Origin: Candidatus Latescibacterota bacterium
GTDB lineage: Bacteria; Latescibacterota; UBA2968; UBA8231
Reading direction: 5' to 3'
Length of the DNA: 64,000 bases
Assembly (NCBI GenBank): GCA_965203355.1
Contig: OZ241889.1
Span: 3,776,001 to 3,840,000 of the forward strand
Shown: positions 1-9,465 of the stretch, piece by piece
How positions within the stretch are numbered: position 1 is the stretch's first letter
How the letters are laid out: every line of letters begins with the position of its first letter
The notes under the pieces: model-generated
Seen by the model: the letters and a program-made list of their open reading frames with translations, nothing else
Told to the model about the DNA's origin: nothing
Databases searched by the model: none
Translations under genes and position numbers: made by a program

Positions 1-2
1 GC

Positions 3-491
3 CAAATGGCGAGCGATTACGGGCAATCCTATCAGACTTTTACCATCATCGACCACGAGGGCCTCATCCGCTTCAAGACCCATTCCCTGATTCCCATGGA
101 CGAACTCCGCGCCGAAGTGCTGGGCGCGCTGGCCGACATACCGCCCCTTGAAGCGGAAGAGGCAGAACCAGCGGAAACGGCGGTGGCAACATTCGCTCAG
201 GCGTCCGTTCCCCAAGCCTTCGCCCTAGAGCAGAACGCACCCAATCCGTTCAACGGCCAGACCGCGATCCGCTTCGCCCTGCCGCAACCGAGCCAAGTCG
301 AGCTGGCGATCTACAACCTGCTCGGCCAGCCAGTGGCCGTGCTCGTACAGGGGCCTAGGGCGGCCGGGACCTTCTCGGTGCATTGGGATGGCCGCGACCA
401 AGCGGGACGAGTGGTAACCAGCGGAGTGTACCTCTACCAGTTGCGCGCCGGCGAGTACACCCAAGTCCGCAAGTTGCTGCTGCTCCAGTGA
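3..491 (+). CDS. 5'-truncated secreted protein: redoxin-like tail plus FlgD Ig-like / T9SS-CTD-like C-terminal domain
   Basis: Frame is open from the window edge. TFTIIDHEGLIRF resembles an AhpC/TSA C-terminus, and LEQNAPNPFN...IYNLLGQ...WDGRD...SGVYLY...RKLLLLQ is the FlgD-Ig sorting-type domain. Confidence 0.75.
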   Translation, partial: QMASDYGQSYQTFTIIDHEGLIRFKTHSLIPMDELRAEVLGALADIPPLEAEEAEPAETAVATFAQASVPQAFALEQNAPNPFNGQTAIRFALPQPSQVELAIYNLLGQPVAVLVQGPRAAGTFSVHWDGRDQAGRVVTSGVYLYQLRAGEYTQVRKLLLLQ

Positions 492-493
492 GA

Positions 494-2008
494 TCAGAAG
501 AAGCGGTTGAGCAGCCGGACTTCGACGCCCTTAAACCCTAGCACCTCATAGCAAATACCCGCCGTGCAAGCTAGCCCCGAGCGACGCTGACCGACGAAAA
601 CATGGAGGCTGTGGCCCTCGCCGAGGTCTCCCCCTAGATTGAGGCCGCGCCACCACGTGATGCCCGCGGGATCGGCCCCGGTTTCCAACTCGTCGGAGGT
701 GCGCTGGAGTTGCACGGCGGCCGAGAGGCTGGGGGCGCGATGGACCGCCAAGGCATAGTACTGATTGGTGTAGGGAAGGGCCAGGTCGCCAAACCGCCGA
801 TCGACGTCTTGAAATTGGGCGTCGAGTTCAAAGGTGTAGGACTCGCTAAGAGACCACGCCCAATGCGTACCCAAGAGGCGGCTTTTGTCGTCGAGGAGAA
901 TCTGATTGTGGCTGAAGTCGGCAAAAAACTGCACATCGGCGCGGTCGCCCAAAGGCGAGTCCACCTGTACGAAGAATTCCCGCAGGACCTTGTCGTCGGC
1001 CGGGCCCGGGGCGCGGCGGCGCGTGGCGCGCGTCGCATGGGCGATGAGCGTTTGGCCGCTGGGAAAAGCGCAACTCAGTTCGGCTTGGTAGCCTTGCTCG
1101 TCGTCGGCGAGCAGGTCGTGAGTGATGCGGTTGAGGAGATAGGCCGAGTGCTCGCGGATCAGGGGCGGCGGATTGTTGATGTGTTCGAGGGCAAAGTCCT
1201 CGTAGTCTTTGTATTCCAAGCTCAAGCCCCACGGCCCGGACGCTATAGTAGCCGCCCAGTACAAGGCGCGGCCCAAACTGCGGTCGAGCGAAAAGAAGCG
1301 GTCGAATTCCACATCGCGCTGGGCGTACTCGCCCTGGAGATCGGCGTACACTGGGCCGAGGCCGAGCCGCCAGCGGGCATTAAACGCAGCGGCCGTTTCT
1401 CGCCGCCGACCGGCCGGGTAGCGGATCGCGCTAACGCCAACGTCGAAATGCGGGTGCGGTTTGAGCCGAAGCGAGCCAGCGTGGAGCACGTCCGGTCGCC
1501 GCGCAACCCCGGGCGGCAAATGGCTGTTGACCGGCGCACCGCGCAACAGCCGCAGCTCGGCCCGCTTGGCGCGGTAGCGCACCTGAACGCCGTCGAGATC
1601 GCGCACGATCTGGTAGCGACGGCGGCTCCGCGCCTCGGTAATCACGCCGGGCAGCTCAAAGGCGTGCAGGAGCAAGCCGCTGCCGATGATGGCGTAGAAA
1701 TTACCAGCCGTAGCTTCAAAGCCACGCCGGCGATAGGATGCCCAGCGCTGGAGAAGTTGGCCGTAGTTGCGGTTGGTGGCGCTAGCACCAAACGTCTCGC
1801 CGCGGACCCCGACCTGGAAATCCGCGCGTGCATAGTCGAGGCTGAATTGGTGGTAAATCGTCCGCAAATCGCTGGGCTGCGCGCCGGGCAGATTGCCGAC
1901 TTGCGCTTCGGTCAGGGCCGAAAGCCGCCACTCGGCTTGGATAGGCGCGGCCAGCAGCAGGGCCAATGCGGGAACGAAGTAGAGGAAAAATGAAACCAAT
2001 TTTCGCAT
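494..2008 (-). CDS. DUF6029-like outer-membrane beta-barrel protein
   Basis: Signal peptide MRKLVSFFLYFVPALALLLAAPIQA from ATG 2008, alternating beta-strand pattern, C-terminal GLACTAGICY..F.G motif and terminal Phe; lies next to a TlpA gene. Confidence 0.65.
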   Translation of the reverse strand: MRKLVSFFLYFVPALALLLAAPIQAEWRLSALTEAQVGNLPGAQPSDLRTIYHQFSLDYARADFQVGVRGETFGASATNRNYGQLLQRWASYRRRGFEATAGNFYAIIGSGLLLHAFELPGVITEARSRRRYQIVRDLDGVQVRYRAKRAELRLLRGAPVNSHLPPGVARRPDVLHAGSLRLKPHPHFDVGVSAIRYPAGRRRETAAAFNARWRLGLGPVYADLQGEYAQRDVEFDRFFSLDRSLGRALYWAATIASGPWGLSLEYKDYEDFALEHINNPPPLIREHSAYLLNRITHDLLADDEQGYQAELSCAFPSGQTLIAHATRATRRRAPGPADDKVLREFFVQVDSPLGDRADVQFFADFSHNQILLDDKSRLLGTHWAWSLSESYTFELDAQFQDVDRRFGDLALPYTNQYYALAVHRAPSLSAAVQLQRTSDELETGADPAGITWWRGLNLGGDLGEGHSLHVFVGQRRSGLACTAGICYEVLGFKGVEVRLLNRFF

Positions 2009-2484
2009 GGGCAACCTGCTTGCTGCTCGGCGGCGCGGCCCGCGCTGAAAAGGCTCCGCCACTCGTGCTGGAGCATCTCGACGGAGCGACCTTTTCGCTG
2101 GTGGAGACGCTCAAAAAAGGGCCGGTCGTACTCGACTTTTGGGCGACTTGGTGCAAGCCCTGCATCAAGAGCCTGCCCAAGCTCCAAGCCCTAGCCGAAA
2201 AATACGCCGAGCGCGGTGTCCAAGTGCTGACGATCAATGTCGATGGCACCCGGAACCTGCCCAAGGTGCGGCCCTTTATGCAGCGCCACAAGCTCAAACT
2301 GCCGGTGTTGCTCGACAAAACCAATGAGGTGCTCAAGCAGTTTCACCTAACGGGCATCCCCGCAACCCTGATCATCGCGGCCAACCGGACGGTGTGGTAC
2401 AAGCATCAGGGCTACCGGCCCGGCGACGAGCAAAAGCTCGCGGCCAAACTAGACGAATTGCTCGGCCCTTTAGCGGACGAATAG
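1990..2484 (+). CDS. TlpA-family thiol:disulfide oxidoreductase
   Basis: GAGG RBS before ATG 1990, signal peptide, VVLDFWATWCKPC motif, cis-Pro GIP. Confidence 0.92.
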   Translation: MKPIFAWATCLLLGGAARAEKAPPLVLEHLDGATFSLVETLKKGPVVLDFWATWCKPCIKSLPKLQALAEKYAERGVQVLTINVDGTRNLPKVRPFMQRHKLKLPVLLDKTNEVLKQFHLTGIPATLIIAANRTVWYKHQGYRPGDEQKLAAKLDELLGPLADE

Positions 2485-2502
2485 GCGATCGCGCACGCTT
2501 CC

Positions 2503-3882
2503 TTATCGGCCTAGCTCGTATTGCTTGATCTTCCGCTGTAGATTTCTCCGGGTCAGTTTAATCGCCGCCGCCGTCTGGCTTACGTTGCCGTTGGCCCTTT
2601 TTAGGGCCCGGCCGAGAAACAGCCGCTCGAACTGTGCGCGTGCCTCGTGGAAGAGCGGCTGCGGAATATCGTAGTACGTATCCTCGCCGCGATAGACCGG
2701 CTCCATCCCACCAGACAAGGAGACGGGTAGATGCTTGCGTTCTAGCTCGTCGCCTTTGGCCACTGTCATCGCCCGCATGATCGCGTTTTCCAGTTCGCGC
2801 ACATTGCCGGGCCAGTTGTATTCCTCTAAGCACTGCATAGCCTCGTTGGCAAACCCCTCAATATGCTTGTCGAGCACTCCATTGTAGCGGTTGACGAAGA
2901 AGGCACACAGCAGCGGCAGGTCGCTGAGACGCTCCCGCAGCGGCGGTATTTCAAGGGTCAGCGCGTTGATGCGATAGTAGAGATCTTCGCGGAAAGTGCC
3001 CGCCGCAATGCGGGCTTCAAGGTCTTGGTGCGTGGCCGTGAGCAGGCGCACATCCACTTGCTGGGTCTGGGTCGATCCCACCGGCTCAAACTCCCCTTCC
3101 TGTATCACGCGCAAGAGCCGAATTTGCATGTTGGTTTCGAGATCGCCGATTTCGTCGAGGAACAAGGTGCCGCCATCGGCCTCGGCAAAACGGCCAACGC
3201 GGTCGCGCACGGCTCCGGTAAAGGCCCCTTTGACGTGGCCGAACAGTTCGCTCTCCAGCACGCCCGGCGACAAGGCCGCGCAGTTGCAGCGCACCAAAGG
3301 CTTTCCGGCCCGGTCGCTGGTGCTGTGGATGGCGTTGGCCACCAGTTCCTTGCCCGTCCCGCTCTCGCCCCGAATCAGCACGGCGACCGGCGTGGGAGCC
3401 ACATCGCGGATGAGTTGGTAGAGCTGTCTCATGCTCTCGCTCCGGCCCACCAAGTTGCCGAACTCCCCTCGCCGCTCCCGCCGCAGCGCCTCGTTTTCCG
3501 AGCGCAGCGTCTGCAACTCCAAGATGCGGTCGAGATGGGCTAGCACTTCCCCAATGTCAAAAGGTTTCGACAGGTACCCGTAAGCACCTAACTTGACGGC
3601 GCGCACCGCGCTTTCCACATCGGCATAGGCCGTCAGCATGACGACTTCTTCCCGACGTTGCTGCTTTTTGAAAATCTCCAAGAAGCCAAGGCCATCCAAG
3701 CCTGGCATCCTCAAGTCGAGAAGGATGAGATCGAACTCCTCGTTGTTCAGCAGGGTTAGAGCCGCCTGGCCGCCGCCGCACGTGGCCACTTCCAAGCCCT
3801 CGCGTCGCAATAAAATGGCCGACAAGTCCAATAAGTCCTGCTCGTCATCTACCATGAGTATCCTGCCTGCGCGTTTGCTCAT
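2503..3882 (-). CDS. Sigma-54-dependent response regulator (NtrC/AtoC family)
   Basis: REC domain (LLDLRMP), Walker A GESGTGKE, GAFTGA loop, WPGNVREL, Fis-type HTH. Confidence 0.96.
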   Translation of the reverse strand: MSKRAGRILMVDDEQDLLDLSAILLRREGLEVATCGGGQAALTLLNNEEFDLILLDLRMPGLDGLGFLEIFKKQQRREEVVMLTAYADVESAVRAVKLGAYGYLSKPFDIGEVLAHLDRILELQTLRSENEALRRERRGEFGNLVGRSESMRQLYQLIRDVAPTPVAVLIRGESGTGKELVANAIHSTSDRAGKPLVRCNCAALSPGVLESELFGHVKGAFTGAVRDRVGRFAEADGGTLFLDEIGDLETNMQIRLLRVIQEGEFEPVGSTQTQQVDVRLLTATHQDLEARIAAGTFREDLYYRINALTLEIPPLRERLSDLPLLCAFFVNRYNGVLDKHIEGFANEAMQCLEEYNWPGNVRELENAIMRAMTVAKGDELERKHLPVSLSGGMEPVYRGEDTYYDIPQPLFHEARAQFERLFLGRALKRANGNVSQTAAAIKLTRRNLQRKIKQYELGR

Positions 3883-3883
3883 G

Positions 3884-6007
3884 TCAGTCTTTCCTCTTGG
3901 CCTTTTCTATCGGTAAGTACAGCGAAAAAAGCGTGCCTTGGTCGAGCACGCTTTCGACCTCAATCCGGCCGCCGATCTCCTGTATTTGCCGGTGGACGAT
4001 GGCCAGCCCCAGCCCGGTACCGTGCCCCGGCGGTTTGGTCGAATAAAACGGCTCGAATATCTGCCGGATGTGCGCTTGGTCAATGCCCGTACCCGTATCG
4101 CCGATCTCCACTATCACCCAGTCGTCCCGCTGCACAGCCGAGATGCGCAACGCGCCGCCATCGGGCATGGCTGCCAAGGCATTGCTGATTAGATTGAGAA
4201 AAATATCCTTGAGCATATCCCGATTCACCCATACCGGCGACACCGCGTGCAAGTTAGCCTCAATAGCTATGCCGAGATGCTCGGCGTGTTTTTGTTCGAG
4301 GGCGACCAGTTGCCGTAGGATGCCTGTTGGATCGACCCACTCCTGCACCTGCTGGGCGGGTCGGGCAAAGTCCAGCAGATTGAGCACCCGCTCATTGATC
4401 CGGCCAATAGCCGCGCCCAGGGGCCTGAGCGCTTGGTCCCGCCCTTCCACTTCCGGCGGAACAATCTGCTCCAACAACTCGTAGGCGTGCCGGATGATCG
4501 CCAGCGGATTCTTGATTTCGTGTGCCACGCCAGCCGCCATCTCGCCGAGGGAGGCCAGTTTCTCAGCTTGGCCGTAGTGAAGCTCCAGCAGCTTGCGCTG
4601 GGTTTGGTCGTCAACTACCAGCAACAAAGACCCGGGCAAGGCCCCGGCCAAGTCCAAGACCTTCAAGTTCCAAAACCGGGTGCCGCCTTGCGGCCCCTTG
4701 ATCGCCAAATTGTCAACCTCCTTCGCCTTGGGGTTGCTGTCGATCCAGTCCCAAAGCTGCTGCCCCTCGGCCGTGTGCTCCCAAGCGTCGGCCCGGTCTT
4801 CGCCAAAGAGTTGGTGCCAGGCCTTGTTTATCCGCACGGTCCGCCGCTGCTGGGACACCACTGCAATCGCGAGGGGATTGTCCTCGATGAGCCGGTCGTT
4901 GAAGTTCAGCTCGGCTTTGAGCTCGGCTTTGCGGGCTTCGAGGGCTTGGTTCATTTCGGTGAACGCCTGCCCCAATTCCCACAGCTCGTCCTTTATGGCC
5001 GGCAACTCAAGGGCAAACGCCTCGCCCGCCTGCACGGCCCGCACCGTGTGCATCAGCCGATTGATGGGACGAGTGATCGACCGCAGCAGGGCCAAGCCCA
5101 GCAAAATGGCTCCTACCACCGAGGCGACCGTGATCCAGTTGGCGCGTTGCTGCATCATCGCCACCAGCCCAAACGCCTCGCCCGCCTCCTGCCGCACCAC
5201 CACGGTCCAGCCCCAGTCCTCAATCTGCGCCAAACCCGCCACCCACTCGCGCCCCTCAATGTCGCGCCATTGCCGGGTGCCGTCGCCGCTTAGGCGGGGC
5301 ACGAATTCGGGATGGGGGGCATCGACATAGACATCTTGGCGTTCGGGCAAGGCAATGTAGCGACCTCGCGCGTCCAACAATATCCCGCGCCCGGTGTCCC
5401 CCAGCCGAATTTGGTCAACCTGGTGCCAGACTTCGTACAAAGCGAAACGGGCGATCAAAGCGCCGACCACTTGATCGCCCTCTTTGACCGCCAAGCCAAT
5501 AAACAGGCTCGGTTGCCCTGCGTGCTGGACGACCTCTGAAGCGTAGAACGCCTCCCGCTTCACCGCCGCCCACAGCAACCGAGCACCGGGCAAATAATCC
5601 GGGGGCAGCCGCGCCCCGCGCTGGAACGGCCCCTCGACATCGAGGACGCTAGTAGCTTGGATCAAGCGGGTCGTATCGACGAAGCAAAGTTCGGCTACCG
5701 CGTCCAGCTCCAACCCAACCTGACTCAACAGACTCTGCCGCCGCCAAGGGTCGCGGACCACGTTCATGCTCTGGGCCAGCACCTCGAGGCTGGCGATGGG
5801 CTGCGCGAGAAAATGGTAGATCTCCCGCGCCGCCCGCTGCGCCACCTGTTGGTGGCTACCGAGCACCGCCTGCTCTAGCGCACTCCGCGCCGTGTACACG
5901 AGTACGCCAGCCACTAACAGCACAGGTACCAACCCGACGATCAGGTGATTGCCCAGCAACCGCACCCACAGGTGCTGCATGTTGGCGATAAGGGCCATAC
6001 CCTTCAT
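3884..6007 (-). CDS. Sensor histidine kinase (Cache-HAMP-PAS-HisKA-HATPase)
   Basis: Two TM segments, HAMP, AHEIKNPL H-box, N/G boxes (NALAA, DTGTGI, GTGLGL). ATG 6007 overlaps the upstream TGA (ATGA), so the longer ORF start at 6292 was rejected. Confidence 0.93.
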   Translation of the reverse strand: MKGMALIANMQHLWVRLLGNHLIVGLVPVLLVAGVLVYTARSALEQAVLGSHQQVAQRAAREIYHFLAQPIASLEVLAQSMNVVRDPWRRQSLLSQVGLELDAVAELCFVDTTRLIQATSVLDVEGPFQRGARLPPDYLPGARLLWAAVKREAFYASEVVQHAGQPSLFIGLAVKEGDQVVGALIARFALYEVWHQVDQIRLGDTGRGILLDARGRYIALPERQDVYVDAPHPEFVPRLSGDGTRQWRDIEGREWVAGLAQIEDWGWTVVVRQEAGEAFGLVAMMQQRANWITVASVVGAILLGLALLRSITRPINRLMHTVRAVQAGEAFALELPAIKDELWELGQAFTEMNQALEARKAELKAELNFNDRLIEDNPLAIAVVSQQRRTVRINKAWHQLFGEDRADAWEHTAEGQQLWDWIDSNPKAKEVDNLAIKGPQGGTRFWNLKVLDLAGALPGSLLLVVDDQTQRKLLELHYGQAEKLASLGEMAAGVAHEIKNPLAIIRHAYELLEQIVPPEVEGRDQALRPLGAAIGRINERVLNLLDFARPAQQVQEWVDPTGILRQLVALEQKHAEHLGIAIEANLHAVSPVWVNRDMLKDIFLNLISNALAAMPDGGALRISAVQRDDWVIVEIGDTGTGIDQAHIRQIFEPFYSTKPPGHGTGLGLAIVHRQIQEIGGRIEVESVLDQGTLFSLYLPIEKAKRKD

Positions 6008-7611
6008 TTCCCCGGCCGGGGCGTACGCTGCGCCCAGTACCACGCCGGCAAACTGCGAAAAATCCCCTTGTGTACAATCGACTCCAATCCTCGCAACGGC
6101 TGCCGCACCGCATACATGACCGGCTCTTTGCAGATGAAAATCGTGGGGTGATCCTCCAGCAGATGGCGGTGAATGTTTCTGTAAATAGCGATGCGCCGGT
6201 CCGCGTCGTAGGCCGCCCTCCCGGCTTCGATCAGCCGATCCATTTCGGCATTCGCATAGCCCGACCAATTGTGCGCGTGCTGCGAATGCCATTCCGAGAC
6301 GGTTATATCCGGGTCAAAGGCACTGTACCCTTCCCCTAATACCATGTCGAACCGCGTTCTCATGGCAGAGAATGCTTGTAGAGACTCGGTCTGCATCCGC
6401 AGATGAATCCCGACTTCTTCCAGATCCTTCCGCAACTGGGCCGCGATGTCGTGCCGATGCGGCACCTCCTTGACCATGACCAAGGTCAATTCCAATGCCT
6501 CGCCGTCCCGCTCGCGCAGCCCATCTCCATCCGCATCCACCCAACCGGCGGCCCGCAGTATGGCCCGGGCACGCCGCTGATCTTTGACCGGCACGGCCAC
6601 TTGCGGATCGCTATAGACCGAGCCGGGCGGAAAAGGCCCGGCGATAAAAACGGAATCGGCCGTTGCCGCTCCGCTGAGCAGACGCCATATGGCCGGGCGA
6701 TCAATCGCATGGTGAAGCGCCTCCCGCACGCGCCGATCAGCCAACACCGACTCTAAGCGGCAGTTTAAGCTCAGTGCCGTATAGGACAAACCCGGTTCTG
6801 TGATCACGTTGAAGGCCGGATTGTCGGCCACACTCTTCAGGTCGTCGGGCGCAGCGGATAGGGCTACATCGCTCTCGCCGCGCATAAATGCGGCCCAAGC
6901 ATGCCGCGTGTCCGGGTAATCGCCGCGCACCTCCACCGTATCTAGGTATGGACGCCCGCCGTAATACCCCTCAAAGGCCACCATCCGCAGGTGCGCCGCG
7001 CCCATCCAACCGGCAAAGCGGAACGGGCCCGCTCCAATGGGATGCCGGTTGAACGGCAATTCATCCAGCCCATAGCCAGCCGCCACTTGCGGCTCCACGA
7101 GGTGCTTGGGCAGAATGTGGAGCCGCAAGTGCAATAGAGCCGACCACTGGGGTGGAGCGGCATAGTGGAGCCGCACAATGTCGTCGCTGAGCACTTCAAC
7201 CCGCTCAAAGAGCAAATGCTCCCCGTTTTGCTGCGCTCTCATCAATCGCAGCGTGAAAACCACGTCCTCAGCCGTTACCGGATGACCATCGTGGAACTGG
7301 ACATCCGACCGCAGCAAGATGTCCCAAGACTTGAGGTGGGGGCTGAATGGCCAAGCTACGGCCAGCCCCGGGGCGAGCTGACCGTTGGGCATTTCCGCAA
7401 ACAGGCGTTCAAAGAGCAGGTCCAAGACCTCGGTGCTCACGGTGTGGGAGGCCATGAGCGGATTGAGCGGCTCCAGGCCTCCGGTTGCTCCAATCCGCAC
7501 TCGGCCTCCATAGAAAGGCCCGTCGCGGTCGGTCTCACTACAACCCCAAAAGAGAAAAAATATCCATACTACGGTCGTGCCTGTGCTTGGGGCACGGACT
7601 GGACGCCCCAT
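6004..7611 (-). CDS. Family 5 (peptide/nickel-type) substrate-binding lipoprotein with no adjacent ABC permease
   Basis: Lipobox-like FWGC, FHDGHPVTAEDVVFT, PIGAGPF, DRRVREALHHAIDR motifs. Confidence 0.9.
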   Translation of the reverse strand: MGRPVRAPSTGTTVVWIFFLFWGCSETDRDGPFYGGRVRIGATGGLEPLNPLMASHTVSTEVLDLLFERLFAEMPNGQLAPGLAVAWPFSPHLKSWDILLRSDVQFHDGHPVTAEDVVFTLRLMRAQQNGEHLLFERVEVLSDDIVRLHYAAPPQWSALLHLRLHILPKHLVEPQVAAGYGLDELPFNRHPIGAGPFRFAGWMGAAHLRMVAFEGYYGGRPYLDTVEVRGDYPDTRHAWAAFMRGESDVALSAAPDDLKSVADNPAFNVITEPGLSYTALSLNCRLESVLADRRVREALHHAIDRPAIWRLLSGAATADSVFIAGPFPPGSVYSDPQVAVPVKDQRRARAILRAAGWVDADGDGLRERDGEALELTLVMVKEVPHRHDIAAQLRKDLEEVGIHLRMQTESLQAFSAMRTRFDMVLGEGYSAFDPDITVSEWHSQHAHNWSGYANAEMDRLIEAGRAAYDADRRIAIYRNIHRHLLEDHPTIFICKEPVMYAVRQPLRGLESIVHKGIFRSLPAWYWAQRTPRPGK

Positions 7612-7743
7612 CGCGCCTCATTTCTGTTGAGATATACGCCCTGAGTACGCTCAGATAATAAAGCGCAGTGTTCGGCGACAAAAGCACACCCCGCAAGACT
7701 TGGACCATCATGCAAGGGGTCTGGTGCGATAGCCGAAGCACCA

Positions 7744-8419
7744 CTACCCGGCCTTCTTAATCTCTTCGGCCACGGGCCGACTTTCCGCGGCAAAATGATC
7801 GGGGCGTTGTGATTGACAATATCATAGGGTATCGTCCCCGCCTGACAGCCGACCAGCATGATATCCGGTTTTTTCACCGCGTTAATTTCGCGCATCTTGT
7901 GATCTAGGTACGGGCCGTAGTATTGCAATGGCATCTGTCTAGGCGCGGCATAGCCCATAGGAAAGGAAAAATCCATCCCAAACAGTGCCGAATGGTGCTT
8001 TGTATCTGATCGCGATCTGTTGCTTGATCGGCTCGTTGGCATCGCCGACGATCAGCAGCCGTTTGTCGTGGGAGACGCCCCGTTGCGCCATCGCCTGCTT
8101 CCACTGGTCGAGTTGGGCAAACAAACACGCTCCACACGTCCGGCTCGTCGAGACGACCACGAGCAACGGCAGGCCGTCCCCGACGACTGCCGCGTTATCG
8201 GCCCCAGTCCACCGATTCGATCAGCTTGCGGTGTAATTTCTCCTTGAGAGCGGCGTGGACCTCATAGTTCCACTGGACGGTTTCCAAGTGTTTCAGCCGC
8301 TCGTTGAGAGCCTCCAACTCGTCGCGTTGGTCCGTGTTGTCTTGGTGTAGGGCCAAGGCGACCGAGCCGAGGCCAAGAGATAGTGCTAGCAGTGCTTTAG
8401 CTAGCTTAGTGATATTCAT
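7744..8419 (-). pseudogene. Frameshifted membrane-anchored CxxC thioredoxin-like protein
   Basis: Strong RBS, then four frame segments: MNITKLAKALL..ESVDW / ADNAAVVGDGLPLLVVVSTSRTCGAC.. / GMDFSFPMGY..KPDIMLV.. / DHFAAESRPVAEEIKKAG*. Two of the shifts fall in GGGG or CCCC runs. Confidence 0.55.
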
Positions 8420-8455
8420 GGTAAGGGTTCCTTTCTCTATAGTTGTTATGGATGA

Positions 8456-9406
8456 TTAGTTGTCGGCGATTGAAGTTCGCACAAGACGCACACCAACAGA
8501 GTAATCACCAGATTCGGGATCCTTGGCCGCACGACTCGCGGACCGCGAATAGATGACAGGATCGATAAAGTCACCACCACGTATGACGCGGCCGTGCAGA
8601 CCACCGTCGACGATGGGGCTAGCAGCAGGGCCTACCGGCGCCACCCGAAGCGAACGCTTGTAATAGGCTTTGTCATACCAATCCGCCACCCACTCCCACA
8701 CATTACCGTGCATATCATACAAGCCCCAAGCATTCGGACGATGGTGCCCCACCGCATGAGCATACTTCTCATAGCGGTCCAGCGTATTGTCGCGATACCA
8801 CATATAGCGGCCAAACGAAACCTTACTTTTGTCATACCACCACAGGGTGGAAAACGCCCCCGCCTCGTTGCCAAACGACCACAGCGTCGTCGTTCCACTC
8901 CGACAGGCATACTCCCACTCGGCCTCGGTCGGCAACCGATACCCGGCCGACCCATCAAGGCCATTGAGCCGGTGTATCAGGGCTTGGGCATCGTGCCAAG
9001 AAACATACACGGCCGGATGCGACGGGTTGGACTGCACCAACTCTTTGTCGGTGTCATCAGGCCAACGCCAAGGCGTCGTGCCCATGATCGCCTGCCACTG
9101 GCCTTGCGTCACTTCGTGTTTGCCCAACCAGAACCCCGCCCGAATCACCACTTCGTGTACGGGCAGGGAGCCTTGGTCAAGCGCGATGGCTTCCAACTCT
9201 TTCAGCCACTCGTCGTCTGGCAGGTGATCGCCCATCTGAAAGGTGCCCGGCTCGATCCACACAAACGTCAGTTGGGTGCCGCCGGGCAGCGTAACGGTCT
9301 GCTCTTGGCCGACGTCTCGTTGTGCTGTATCCTCGGCGTAGGCTGCGTGGTTCCCAAGCCACCCAACGCCCGCTATGGCGAGTAAAAGCATCCGTGTATT
9401 CATCAT
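8456..9406 (-). CDS. Formylglycine-generating enzyme (SUMF1/FGE-sulfatase) domain protein, secreted
   Basis: Signal peptide, PGTFQMG, RLPTEAEWEYACR, PNAWGLYDMHGNVWEW, RVIRGG. Confidence 0.92.
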   Translation of the reverse strand: MMNTRMLLLAIAGVGWLGNHAAYAEDTAQRDVGQEQTVTLPGGTQLTFVWIEPGTFQMGDHLPDDEWLKELEAIALDQGSLPVHEVVIRAGFWLGKHEVTQGQWQAIMGTTPWRWPDDTDKELVQSNPSHPAVYVSWHDAQALIHRLNGLDGSAGYRLPTEAEWEYACRSGTTTLWSFGNEAGAFSTLWWYDKSKVSFGRYMWYRDNTLDRYEKYAHAVGHHRPNAWGLYDMHGNVWEWVADWYDKAYYKRSLRVAPVGPAASPIVDGGLHGRVIRGGDFIDPVIYSRSASRAAKDPESGDYSVGVRLVRTSIADN

Positions 9407-9465
9407 GTGCTCCTTATGGAATGAACTGCCGGTCGGCAGATTTGAAATGGAGGTGTCGTCCCGCC

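Noticed and set aside
6008-6292. N-terminal extension of the histidine kinase given in the ORF track
   Set aside because: Overlaps the SBP coding region; the ATGA-coupled start at 6007 is more plausible.
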